Shown here piece by piece: positions 26,055 to 37,996 of a DNA stretch of 60,000 nucleotides; position 1 is the first letter of the stretch; every line of letters starts with the position of its first letter. Source of the DNA: Squalus acanthias (taxonomy: Eukaryota); assembly GCA_030390025.1 (NCBI GenBank), contig CM059432.1, positions 103,542,001-103,602,000 on the forward strand, in the 5' to 3' direction. The notes beneath the pieces are model-generated. The model did not search any database. It was not told the DNA's origin and was given only the letters and a program-made list of their open reading frames with translations. The translations under genes and the position numbers were made by a program.

Positions 26055-27262
26055 CACACTGAACCTCATCCTGCTGTGCCTCTCATCACATCCCCATCAC
26101 TCTGCCTTCCCTACCCTACTCCTGTACATCCTTATTCACACCAACTTACCTTGCACCTCCACACATCCCTCTCTCTCTCTATCTACATTATCACATCCCC
26201 ATCTCACTAGCCACCCCTCACACTCACCCTCATCCGAGTGCAATTATACCAACTAACAACACACAAGGGTAGGCACTTGGGTGTTTTATGCAATGTTCAT
26301 GTAAAGTTTCTGTTAATGTGGTGTCAAACATTGAAACCTTTATTTTCAACACTTTGCATTCTTGGACAGATTTGTGTGCACCTTTGGAAGTGGCTTAGTG
26401 AGTTACAGTGAATGGTGAGACATAACGGTACACCCGCAATGGTGATGAGTGTGAAAGGAATAGCTTGGGCATTGTAGGGTTGCTTTATGGTGTTGGTGTG
26501 GGGTAGTGCCAACCTGGCGCATCATATGGCAGCCAGGGTTTACAGTGTCAAGTGAACTAAATTTGGCCATGGTGAGGCCATCCTTGGCAGCAATGTGGTC
26601 GGGTGCTGATGCCCTGTGCAGCATCAGTTGATTGCGGAGAAGGTTGGTGTTGTTGTTGGTGCTGCTGGTGTGCCTGGTGATGCTGGTGTTGGGGCTGATC
26701 GTGGTGGGATTCTGAGGACCAAGGTGAGAGAGTATAAAGTGCACCTATGCTGATGGAATAGATGGCAGGTGAAGTCGAGATGACAGAAGCGATCTGTCAA
26801 TGGTGGGAGAGGTAATGAGGTCAGACTGGATGGAGACTTTTGTAAAGACTTGCAGCATCCTGAATCTGTAGTGGAAATGTAGTTTAGAGAAGCTAGTTGT
26901 TAAGGGAACATTTCTCAATCAGCTGGGAGCTTTGACTTGACATTTGAAGCGGTCATCTCATCAGCTGATTCAATGGCTACTGACTTCCCGCCTCAGTTTC
27001 ACAGATCAGGTCTAGGCACAGTAGGAAACCAGTGGGCGACCTGTCAAATCCAAAAAGCTGGGAAAAAAACATTGATAAGTGGTTGTAAACAAGCCACTAA
27101 TGATTTTAATTGCCTCCCCAACAGCTGCCTGTCGGGTCTGCTCAGCGCTGGCAGACCAGACATCGGGAAACTCCAGTGTGCGTGACCCGCTGTCAATCAT
27201 TTAAAATTTAACAGTTGACCTGCCACCCATCCCGTCCGCTGAGCACAGGCAAAATTCCAGCC
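26055..27262. mobile_element. Fragment of a larger repeat, possibly internal and terminal part of a Harbinger-like DNA transposon
   Basis: Abuts the CR1 5' break; ends in ...cccgtccgctgagcacaggcaaaattccagcc, resembling the termini of the MITE-like elements; no recognisable ORF. Confidence 0.35.
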
Positions 27263-28583
27263 ATTGTATCTTGTAGCCTGGAGCGACTTAGCTTATATTC
27301 CCTTCCTAGTCTCATTACCTTGCATTTGTCCACATTAACTGCCATTTGCCACTCATCAACCCATCTACCATCGTTTGTACTTGGTTTGACTCTTCCCTAT
27401 TGTTTGAAACAAAACCCATCCCCCAATTTGGTGGTATCTGAAACCTAGACAGCTTTATTTTGGTCCCTGGCATCATCACCTCATTTGTATGCACTGTAAG
27501 CAGCAGTGTTGTACCATTGGATGCTCCTAATCAGAAGCACTGAGTGGATTCAGAGAGTTTGTAAAGCAGGGTGGCTATGAACAACAGAAACAAAATGTTG
27601 CTTGAACTTAAAAATCTATTTCTTTCTGATGACGATATTGTGGGGCAAATAGGCCTCAAAACAAATGCATGCTGCAGACCATCATAAGAAGGTCACTAGG
27701 ACACAAAATTGCACCACTGTTTGAAACAGCTGGGTTGCAAATCAATTATGCACAACTCAATTTTCATAAGTGTGAAAATAAACTGGACCGGTTTACCAAT
27801 TACAATTGAATTTAAACTTGAAATGTATTCATTTTCTCACTTCTAGCAAAAGCTCAGCAAATACACTCCATCATCTGACAGCATTAAATATACATTTAGA
27901 GCCCTATTCCCTGCTCCCTTTCCTAACCCAGTTATGTTCAATGTGTGCAAGTATGACCTGGCTTATTTACATTGGGATCTGGAATGGAATTAGATGACTT
28001 AAGCTTACATAAAGGGCATTAACCGGCATGTAAACATTCCTGTTACTTGCCCAAGAAGGCCCAAATCCAACTTGAAGGCAGCATATCATTGTGTTCAGTT
28101 TGCTAAACAGCACCTCTTCCTGGCTGGATTAAAGGCGTGTTGACAACACCAACTATATATTTCTTTTTTTTCCCCCCACAGAATAATTTTACAACACGTA
28201 TTAAGTCAAAACAAAAACATATTGATGCAAATATTAAACATAAATTAAAGACAAGAACCAACTGTGTAAAGCAATATGTCAACGTGTGAAACAGTAATTT
28301 TCAATTAGTGAATTAAATTTAAATTTATTCATAAAATTCACATTTCCAACAAAAAGATGCAAAAACTCTGTGGGGGAAAATCTTACGAAGTCAATTAAGT
28401 AAATATCCAAAGCACAATTTCTAAGCACAGATAGAAGTCCCACTAACTTTGAGTTGGATTAAATGTCAATGGGCAGTGATATTTGTTGTGAATTTCCCAA
28501 CCTGATTTGCATCTGAATCCAAATGCAATTTATCCTCAGCTTGGGACCCATAGCACAAGTAATAGATATTTTAGTGATATAAT

Positions 28584-28767
28584 GGTCCTGAATTTCCAGG
28601 GGTGTGGGCTGTCCCAATCTCCTGCCATAACATCAGCAGGAAATCATCAGAACCCCTGGAGAAACAGCATAAGCGGACAGCTGCTTATACCGTTTCTACG
28701 GAGGCGCCACCAATCGCCCTCTGAAGTTACGGCGGGAGATTGGACAGCCCCTGTGGAATTCAAGGCC
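28584..28767. mobile_element. Palindromic MITE (~185 bp)
   Basis: Ends ggtcctgaatttcca / tggaattcaaggcc; arms gggctgtcccaatctcctgccataac / gttacggcgggagattggacagccc; central gcataagc..gcttatac. Confidence 0.75.
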
Positions 28768-29305
28768 ATTATGCCCCACAGTAGTGCAGTGTACGTAAGT
28801 TCTAATGTCTTGCATCATAGAGTAATGGGACACTGGTTTGCATCTGAAAGCGAGTTCCCACTCTGATCATACTGTTGGGAGATGTAGTGCGCAGAAGCTA
28901 GCTGCTTTACAATGGTGAGGGAAATTACAGCCAAATCATTCCCAAGCTAATTTTGTGTACTTCCTAGCAACCAGTAACTGGAATTGATAATGGCAGGGGA
29001 TCAGATGTCTGCTTGCTCTTTAGAGTGGGATATGTTTAACCACTTCTGCCTAATTCTTCCCTTCTCCCAAATCCACCATGGGCATTAGTTGCCAGTGATC
29101 CCAGCTTGAAAGACCCATCTAAAGTGGAGAAAAGCTCAGAGAGTACTTGGAAAAGAGTGTAAATCAACATTTTTCTGATCTTTAACATTTAAATTACCAA
29201 CACTAAATTTGCCACTGTCCACATGCAGTGCAGATTTTAGGAACACGAGAGCAGAGGAATAGCAGTAGGCCATTCAGCCTCTCAAGCCTGCTCCGCCATT
29301 CAATT

Positions 29306-30158
29306 AGAAAGACTTGCATTTATATAGCACCTTTCACAACCACTGGACGCCTCAAAGCGCTTTGAATGTAGTCACTGTTGTAATGTGGGAAACGTGGCAG
29401 CCAATTTGCGCACAGCAAGCTCCCACAAACAACAATGTGGCAACACGGTGGCATAGTGGTTAGCACTGGTGCCTCACAGCACCAGGGACCCGGGTTCGAA
29501 TCCGACCTCGGGTGACTGTCTGTGTGGAGTTTGCACATTCTCCCCGTGTCTGCGTGGGTTTCCTCCGGGTGCTCCGGTTTCCTCCCACAGTCCAAAAATG
29601 TGTGGGTTAGGTTGATTTGGCTATGATAAATTGACCCTTAGTGTTAGGGGGGATTAAATATGTGGGGTTATGGGGATAGGATGGGATATGTTAGGGGGAA
29701 TTAAATACGTGGGGTTACGGGGGTAGGGTGGGATATGTGTACTGTGGGGATTAAAGCAGGGACAGGGTACTGGATTTGGATGATCAGCCATGATCGTATT
29801 GAATGGCGGAGCAGGCTCGACGGGCCGAATGGCCTACTCCTGCTCCTAGATTCTATGTTTCTAATGTGATAATGACCAGATAATCTGTTTTATTATTAGG
29901 GATAAATATTGGCCAGGACACTGGGGATAACTCCCCTGCTCTTCTTCTAAACAGTACCATAGGATCTTTTACGTCCACCTGAGAGCGCAGTCGGGGCTTC
30001 GGCTTAATATCTCATCCGAAAGACAGCACCGCCGGCAGTGCAGCACTCCACTGGAGTGTCAGCCTAGATTGTTGTGCTCAAGTCTCTGGAGTGGGACTTG
30101 AACCCACAACCTTCTGACTCAGAGGCGAGTGTGCTGCCCACTGAACCACAGCTGACGC
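29306..30158 (-). mobile_element. SacSINE1/DeuSINE-like SINE, full length, interrupted by HE1
   Basis: Minus strand has tRNA-like head (tggttcagtgg, ggttcaagtccc), core and tail gtgctatataaatgcaagtcttt. Confidence 0.85.
29440..29862 (+). mobile_element. HE1-type V-SINE, full length
   Basis: A box tggcatagtgg, B box ggttcgaatcc, V-domain tgtgtggagtttgcacattctccccgtgtctgcgtgggtttcctccgggtgctccggtttcctccc, CR1/HER1-derived tail; 6-bp TSD aatgtg (29434-29439, 29863-29868). Confidence 0.92.
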
Positions 30159-31474
30159 TATCAACTGTATCTCAATTCCATTTACTTGTCTTTGCTCCAT
30201 ACCCTTAACGAACAAAAATCTATCACTCTCAGTCTTGAAATAGTCAATTTTCCAAGGAGGGACCCTGAAAAATCATATTATATATACCCATTTAATTAAT
30301 CCAAAGAGTTCATATACTGTGCTTAAATATTTGGTTATAATTAATTTCCTCCCATTTTTGCAACTTCATATTCTTGTGGTTCCACAACTACTTCACACCA
30401 TCCCATCCCTCAATTTAGACACTGTGCAGTCGACCTCTAACACAGTCTCTGTTCAGAAGTGGTTGCTAGGTGCCACCCAAAAGTGGCACAGTTTGACTTT
30501 GCACCCCCTCCGGAGCCATGCTCACACACCACCCGCCGTCTTCCAAGCTGGCCTTGTGCTGAAATTTGGAGCTCAGAAGATGCAGAATCAGAGTCAAAAT
30601 GACTTGCTCTAGCACTGGTGACAATTTCTGGTTGGATTTTTAAATTATTTTATAAACATACATATTCACTATACTCAGCTCTACAGGCATTTTTCCAAAC
30701 TTGTTAAGTGACTTCAGAGTTGGAATACGATTTTCTAAATTAAATATTCAATCATTAAATAATTTCAATTTGTAAACAATTTGCTTCCATACCTATTTTA
30801 GGGTGTTAATGTTAGATGTAGCAATCTGATTAAGGGTACAGCGACAGACACAAAACGGATAAAACCATTAAAATATATAAATTTCCTGTTAACTTTTTGT
30901 AATTACAAAGTTAGTTATTTCTCAGTGGCTTCCTAAAACTGGCATCAGTACGTCTTGCAAGTAAAGAAAAAGATCAGTATAAAAGGGAGGGGAATAGAGT
31001 CTTTAAAAAATATATATAATTTTAATCTTCTATTCAGTTATGATGACTTGACAGCAGAATATTAAAAGGAAATCTAACATGCGATACCTCATATTTTGTT
31101 CAGTGACAAATCCATAATCCTATCGATGTCTTATAACATCTCAAAGTACTGGTTGATGAAAGTAAATTTAGATCTTCTTTTAAAAATAATAATTTAAATA
31201 CAATGACTGACAAATTATTTTTGCAATAAACACAAATATTCTATAAAAGGAGGTAATGCTGAACAAACAGATATATGTTATTTATATTTTATTTGTAAAG
31301 TTAACAGTTTTTAAAATGGCTGCATATTAGTTTGTCAAAAGTTTGAAATTGCCTTCTTCATTGCCCAGATCAATTGGATTGTACCTGTATGTAACTGATA
31401 TTTGTCAAGCACTTCCTTCCCAAGTGGCTTAACAAGAGAAAAGGGAGGGGGATAATACCCAAGAAGAGGGAGTA

Positions 31475-31735
31475 TCAGCCAGCATAGGGTGGTGGGGGCA
31501 GGAAGGGAAGTTGGGTGCCCAGCAGTTTAGTGGGAATGGAGCCAAGCGAGCAGGAGATGGGTCTCATGGACAGAATGAGCTCAGAGAGGGCACGACAGGA
31601 GATCGAAGGGAAACTAGAGAAAGATTCAGGTCCAGGGCTAGGGCAGAGGTAGCCTGGGGTAGGATTGGCTTGGTGGATAAGGGGAAGGGGGCAAAGCACC
31701 AGAGGCAGCTGAATGGATGGTCTCAATCTTAGTGA
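31475..31735 (-). mobile_element. L2-type LINE internal fragment
   Basis: Peptide LSELILSMRPISCSLGSIPTKLL resembles the start of the L2 RT domain (SCxLDPIPT). Confidence 0.7.
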
Positions 31736-31760
31736 CAAAGAAACATTACATTTACGGTAG

Positions 31761-31966
31761 CAAAATACTGCGGATGCTGGAAATCTGAAACAACAACAGA
31801 AAATGCTGGAAACACTCAGCAGGTCAGGCAGCATCGAGGAGAGAAACAGAGTCAACGTTTCAGGTCGAGGACCCTGGAACAAAAGGTCCTCGACCCAAAA
31901 TGTTGACCATTTCTCTCTCCTCGATGCTGTCTGACCTGCTGAGTGTTTCCAGCATTTTCTGTTATT
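31761..31966. mobile_element. Short fold-back Penelope-derived element with 16-bp TSD
   Basis: Two inverted copies of the PLE terminus; TSD attacatttacggtag at 31745-31760 and 31967-31982. Confidence 0.9.
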
Positions 31967-32204
31967 ATTACATTTACGGTAGTGGTTAAGCTTTGCTCGC
32001 TACTGATAATAGCAGAAAATAATTTGCAACTCTAGAGCTAAAACAATGACTATAATTAATATCTCAACTAGCGAGTCTTTTTCCCTGTTTTTCCCCCCAA
32101 TCAACTATGGGAATTATCTAACTCGACTAACTTTTTTCATAAGTTGCAGACAGACTGTCTTCAAAAGCTCCAGATAAAACAAACTGATTTGCAAAGCGCA
32201 GGCT

Positions 32205-32625
32205 AACAACAACTTGCATTTTTATAATGCCTTTAATGTAGAAAAACCTCCCGGGGCAGTTCACAAAAATGTATGGAAAATGGGCGCTGAGTCAAAGCAG
32301 GAGATATTTGGAGGGGTGATCAAAAGCTTGATCAAAGAGGTGGGTTTTAAGTAGAGTCTTAAAAGGAGGAGAGCGAGGTGGCAAGGCAGAAGGGTTTAGG
32401 GAGGGAATTCCAGAAACTGGGACCCAGGCAGCTCAAGGCACAGGCACCAATGGTGGGGGGATGCACAAGTGTTACAGGAATGGAGGGCATGGGGAGGTTG
32501 TAAGACTAGAGGTGTTCACAGAGATAGGGAGGGGTGAGGCCCTGAAGGGAAACACAATAATTAGATTTTAGGTTTCAGGCATTGGGGCACAGGGATGATA
32601 GTCAAGCGGGACTTGGTACAAAATA
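32205..32625 (-). mobile_element. L2-type LINE 3' end
   Basis: aacaacaacttgcatt tail and ggtttaggagggaattccag motifs homologous to 22597-23000. Confidence 0.8.
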
Positions 32626-32669
32626 GCCAGTAGAGATGAGCTGATCCCTACTCCCAGCATTTTCACAAA

Positions 32670-33790
32670 ATCATAGATTGATGCAGCGTAAAAGCAGACC
32701 ATTCAGTCCATCAAGCCTGCACCAGTGTTTCTCTCCACCAGCCACCTGGTCTAAACCCGCGCTCCCACTAGCTCTTTGTACCCTTTAATGTTCTTTTCTT
32801 TCAAGCAATTATCAAACCTCTTTTAGAAGAATTTATAGACTTGGCTTTAAAACTGGTTAACATTTTTTCTAACTTCCCCTTTGATTCGTTCTGTGATTAT
32901 CTTAAATTTGTGCTCTCTTGTCCTGCGAGCCAAAAGAAACAATCACTAGTTACCTTATCACAACCTTTCATAATCTTCAAGGCTTCTCTCTGATCACCTT
33001 GTAACTCAACTCCAGGTGAAAGAAAGCACCAAATTCGCAAGTCTCCCTTTTCATGACTAACACCTCAGCCGTGTAATATCCTAAATAAACTCTGCTACAC
33101 CTAATCCATTGCTTTTACATTTATCCTGTAAAAGGGTCGCTTAAAACATTACCTCCTTGCTTTTGTATTCTATGCCTCTAAATAGAACAGGGATTCAGTT
33201 TGCCTTTTTATTGCCTTATCTACTTGCACTTCCACCTTTAATAACCCGTGTATCTGCACACCAAGATCCCTCAGCTCCATTTAAGTTGTATTTCTGTCCT
33301 ATTTTTTTACGTCCAAAATGCAATGCTTCACATTTTTCTACACTGAACTGCACCTGCCACCTACCCATGTCCTCCTTCAGTCCCAATTATTATCACAATT
33401 TGCCATACTCACAGTTTGGTGTTGTCAGCAAATTTCAATATTATTCCCTAAAAATTCCTAAAGCCCAGACGATTTAGGTGGAACATCACTCATATCTTTC
33501 CTGTTAAAGAAACGTTTTATTCCTAATGTTCTCTGCCCTCCAACCATTTCTTATTCATGTGGCTACATTCTCTGCCATAAGGCTCTTACGTGGTACTTTA
33601 TGAAGTGCTTTTCTGAGTATCAATATAAACACATCCACTGCATTTCCTTTAGCTATCCTGTCTTATTTTTTTTTTAAAGAATTCTACAAGGTTGGTCAAC
33701 TACAACATATCTTTTAGAATCATTGGCACAGAATAGCTCTTGGTTCCCGATGTGCTTAGTAATTTCTTCCCAATATTACGGACTCTAGGA
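32670..33790 (-). mobile_element. Old, decayed CR1-type LINE (probably resumes at about 34150-34600)
   Basis: 3' end catag...ccattcagtccatcaagcctg; tttggtgttgtcagcaaattt (FADxTKL) and ccaaaatgcaatgcttcacattt motifs. Confidence 0.65.
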
Positions 33791-33802
33791 GGTGACCAAC
33801 AA

Positions 33803-34146
33803 ATCATAGAATGGTTACAGCACAGAAGGAGGCCATTCGGCCCATCTAGCCCATGTCAGCTTTCTGTAAGAGCACTTCAAGCTAGTCCCACTCCCCCCGT
33901 AGCCCTGCAATTTCTTTTCCTTCAGGTACTTATCCAATTCCCTTTTGAAAGCCACGATTGAGTCGGCCTCCACCACCCTTTCAGGCAGTGCATTCCAGAT
34001 CCTAACCACTCACTGTGTAAAAAAGTATTTCCTCATGTCGCCTTTGGTTCTTCTGCCAATCACCTTGAATCTGTGTCCTCTGGTTCTCAATCCTTCTGCC
34101 AATGGGAACAGTTTCTCTCTATATACTCTGTCCAGACCCCTCATGA
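33803..34146 (-). mobile_element. Younger CR1-type LINE 3' end inserted in the older one
   Basis: Peptides GLDRVYREKLFPLAEGLRTRGHRFKV..FFTQ and VRIWNALPERVVEADSIVAFKRELDKYL; 3' end homologous to 59436-59780. Confidence 0.9.
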
Positions 34147-34830
34147 AGCAAGAAGCAAATGAAGCAAGATTAACTTGCTCAGAATTTTCTGGCTCATCTC
34201 CATCTCCTGTTTTCAACAGGTGAGTCACATCTGCCACCGTCCAGTCCTCCGGTACAATTTTTATTTCTGCAGAATTTTGAAAAATTAAGTCAGAGCACTA
34301 CTATTTCTTCTCTAGCTTCCTTCAGGAGCCTCAGATGTAAAAGTCTAGGTGATTTGTCGACTTTAAATTATATTTCTCTTCGATTAATAAGCACCACTTA
34401 CTGTTCTATAATCTCAAAATTCAGCTCCTCTGAAAAATTGAAACAAAATATTTATTTTGTATCGGTCATTCCCTCGCTTTCTACTATAAGCTTGCCTCCT
34501 TCATCTCTTAGCAGCCCTACACTTAGCTTGACTTCCCTCTTGCTACTAATGTGCCTTCAGAAAGCCTTATTACCCATATTATTTTCTCACACTCTCCGTT
34601 AACCGTTCTGATTTCCTATATTCTTCACATTTGTCCTGACTTTCATTTTTATTATCCATCCTGTAAGTGCTAAATACTGATTCTAGGTTGTAAATGTGAT
34701 CAAATATTCCTATTTAACCATGGAACATCAGCCTTTGGTATTTACATTTTTTCCCTTGCTGGAATACTTCATTTGTATCCTTTTCATCTCGTGTTTAAGT
34801 ATTTTGTACTGCTGACCTATCATTCTATTT

Positions 34831-35252
34831 GCCGTTATGGTGGCTTGAGTTGTTGCTCTGAAGACCGGGAGATCGTTGATCGATGTTCAGTCACCGGGTT
34901 GATGGCATTAGTCGTGATTTCTCACTTAACAGAGTCACAAACAAACACCTTGTGAAAGACCTGATGTGGAAGATCTCTGGCTTCGATCTTCCACGAAGCT
35001 TATGGGCAATCCTAAAACGCATCCACACAAAGCATGACAGATGCGGATACTTGATGCACAAATGCAGAATTAAAAACTCTCCAGTGTGCGACTGTGATCA
35101 CCCGGAATAGATCATGGAACATATAACAACTCAATGCCTGATTCACAAATACGAAGCGATACACTCCACCACTCCTGACGCAATTATCTTGCTTAACCAC
35201 CTAAATGTAAAATTATAGTTGTTGCTCTACATCAGCCATACGAAGTAGTAGT
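34831..35252 (+). mobile_element. Short bipartite Vingi/Ingi-like non-LTR retroelement (non-coding 5' segment fused to ORF C-terminus and 3' end)
   Basis: Peptide NKHLVKD..GFDLPRSLWAILKRIHTKHDRCGYLMHKC..SPVCDCDHPE*IMEHITTQC (zinc knuckle); terminus gccatacgaa(gta)3; candidate 9-bp TSD attctattt / attcttttt. Confidence 0.75.
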
Positions 35253-36833
35253 ATTCTTTTTTTTTCCCCCTTCTATTTAATCTGAGCAAGGTTCCTTTAT
35301 TTAATCTTACTATAATTTGCCCCTCTCCCCCACCCCCCAAATCAAGTACTCTTGCCCTTGCCTATTTTCCCCTTTTCTATCCTTACACTGATGTTATGGT
35401 CACTACTTCCCAAATGTTCCCCAACTTGCTCTCCTTCATTTGAAGAACATTTTCACAATGTTTATCAAATTGCTTACCACCACTCATCACCAAAACACAA
35501 ACACTAACAGAAATTACTGAAGAAACTGAACAACATTTTAAATAGTCATTGCAGTTTCCTTTCATGCACTGGCTGCATTTTTTTTGTTATATAAAAAAAT
35601 GGCAATTACTCAATTTGGATACCAGATTATGAAAGTTAAGTGCCTTGTATTGATGATAATTTGATGGCATCATGATATTATAACTATCCGCCTAAAATAG
35701 ATTCTAACCATGTTTTCATGTTACCTCTCGCCCTCAAACACTTTGCAAAGCTTAATGTCTTTGCAAATACAATGTATGAAATCTGAGCTTCCTTAACAAG
35801 TGCAGTTCAAGTTATCCTACAAGTTTTGCCCACTTCTCTTCAAGCACACTGAACCTGATTTTCAGAACTAGGTTTTGCCTAAGCATAATCGTGCTGATGC
35901 AGTGCTCGTCTTTGCAAGATTTCGATTGAATTGAATTTTCAATCCTTACGCTGATTTGTAACAGTGCATAAATGAGAACATTTAAAAGCTAATTCGAGAA
36001 CAATGAACTGCCTGGTACACAATTGCACCATTTATGCCTTTCCTAAAAAAAGAATATTTTTCCTAATAAGACCAGATATGTACAGAGTGATGGGAACACT
36101 ATGAGGTCCTGTACTTTGCCAGTTTTGGGGGTGGGGTCAAAACATGCGCAAGCAAAACTGGTATCTAGCCACTGGACCACTAGGGAGACAGCTGGGCTCT
36201 TAAGAACTTTTCCCAAAGTTATAAAGGCACTTTTCTATCATGCCTTTCTGTGTGCCGAGTTAACTCGGATGTAAGCGAGTATATAATCGTGAGCTTCAAG
36301 TCTGCCACCTTTCAGAATGTACCATGACATCATGATCTTGTGTGGGAACACCTCCTCTGCTAAAGCCCCATGCAAGGGCTATGGAGATTAATGGCACAAT
36401 AGTCATATACAGGATCCAAGGTTAGACTCCCACAACATTACTAAACTAAAATAAAAAGTTCTCCATTGGTGAAACTTCAGAGATGACATTAACAAGTGCT
36501 TTTTGAGATGAGCTCCTGCCATTCCCTCTGTATTACATCGATCTCCTGGTTCTCGTCTTCACTGCTTTCATTTAAAAACACCATTTGTGGTCTGACAAAG
36601 ACATGGGTTATGCAATTCACCCAAGTCTCAGCCTGTGCCAGTTCCTGTGAAACAGAACATTGAAAAACACATACGTTTCTCAATGCAATTATCTACAGCA
36701 GAACATTTGGAACACTATTAAATGATCTTACTGCTAAGTCCAAACCACTGATAAGAGCTTCCTACAAAAATAGGTTTCCACTCAGATGCTTAAGAAATTT
36801 AAATCATTGATCAAAGGAAATACAAAGTACATA

Positions 36834-36964
36834 GGGGTATATGTCTGACTTCAGCACTCCTGGCACGCAGGTCAGAAAATAAGGCATGCTCATTATTTTC
36901 CGTCCATTTGTTGGAATGGATGGAAAATTGTGGGCCAGGATCACTACAGACCAAAATGTACCCC
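36834..36964. mobile_element. Small hairpin MITE-like element
   Basis: Ends ggggtatatgt / aaatgtacccc; central hairpin attttccgtccatt..aatggatggaaaat. Confidence 0.55.
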
Positions 36965-37391
36965 AAAGTCATAAGAAAATCAGTCTCATCATAAAGTACA
37001 GGTTACATATATTTTACAAGCAAAAAAACTGATTTAAAAAAAAACTATAAATATCTCCCTGCAGAAGAGTGCCGATAACATTTTTGGAAACTATCCAAAA
37101 CACAGACTAAATAGGAGAATAGCATCTACACACAATTAGAAAGGTAAATAGAAAGTCTTCACTTTTTAATTAACAGGTGTTGCGCAATGTGGAGCAGTGC
37201 CGCATGGAAAATTTCTGCCACTTAGCCGCACAACTCACTAATGGTACAAGAACAAGTGAGGTACAAGCTCTGTGGTCACAAGGCGACATTGTAAATGAAG
37301 CAAGGTTTTTTTGAGTCAACTATAGTAGAGGTCACCATGCGTGAGCTGAAAGGGCAACGACTCAGTCTCAAGAGTTGACATCCACAAGTTA

Positions 37392-37996
37392 GGGGTCATA
37401 TTTTAGTAGGAGCCCGAGGTGCCTATGTGTGCATCTGGGAAGCCATGATACTACTTAAATGTAGCAAATGCTCGCCCTTGTACAAAAGCAGCCAAGTTGG
37501 TCTAAGTATCAGGCTGACATATGTGAAGTTGAGATGGATATGCACAAGTCAGAGGCTAGAATATTGGTAGCTGGTGTATCAGTTGTCGAAAAATGCAGGT
37601 TATACTGGGAATTTGAAGCATTGGGTGCTGCAAATCTTGGACGGTGGACTGTGGAGAGCAGCAGCCCTTTGAGTATGGAATCAAGAGAAGTGCTCCTCTC
37701 CTCCTGGCTCCACGTTCAGTTAAGTATGTTTTAAAACTTACCTTGCAGGCACCGGCTGCCTCAGGGGAAATCATTCTTGCAGTAGGGGCCTCAAATGGAC
37801 GTTAGGACGCAAAGGGAGTAACACCCGCCTGTTTGAACCATGGGCACGGCATGCTGATTTTTTGGCCTTTACCAATATGGCGGTTGCCGCACTTCCGGCT
37901 CATAATGAGCGTGCGCTTTCTGCCCGCCATGTTGAAGGTTTAGGAGACCATTTACAGCCCGAAAAATGTACACTGCACCGCCGAATTTCTAGGCCC
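37392..37996. mobile_element. Decayed non-autonomous DNA transposon-like element
   Basis: Begins ggggtcatatttt and ends gaatttctaggccc; CpG-rich right subterminal region. Confidence 0.4.

Larger units (their letters stand above)
29240..30240 (-). mobile_element. Old CR1 3'-end fragment split in two (29240-29305 and 30159-30240) by SINE insertions
   Basis: agtaggccattcagcctctcaagcctgctccgccattcaat continues after the SINE as ...ctccatacccttaa..caaaaatctatc..tcagtcttgaaa, collinear with 25020-25170. Confidence 0.7.

Noticed and set aside
29440..29515. tRNA gene-like A and B boxes
   Set aside because: Head of an HE1 SINE continuing into the V-domain; not a functional tRNA. The same applies to the other SINE heads
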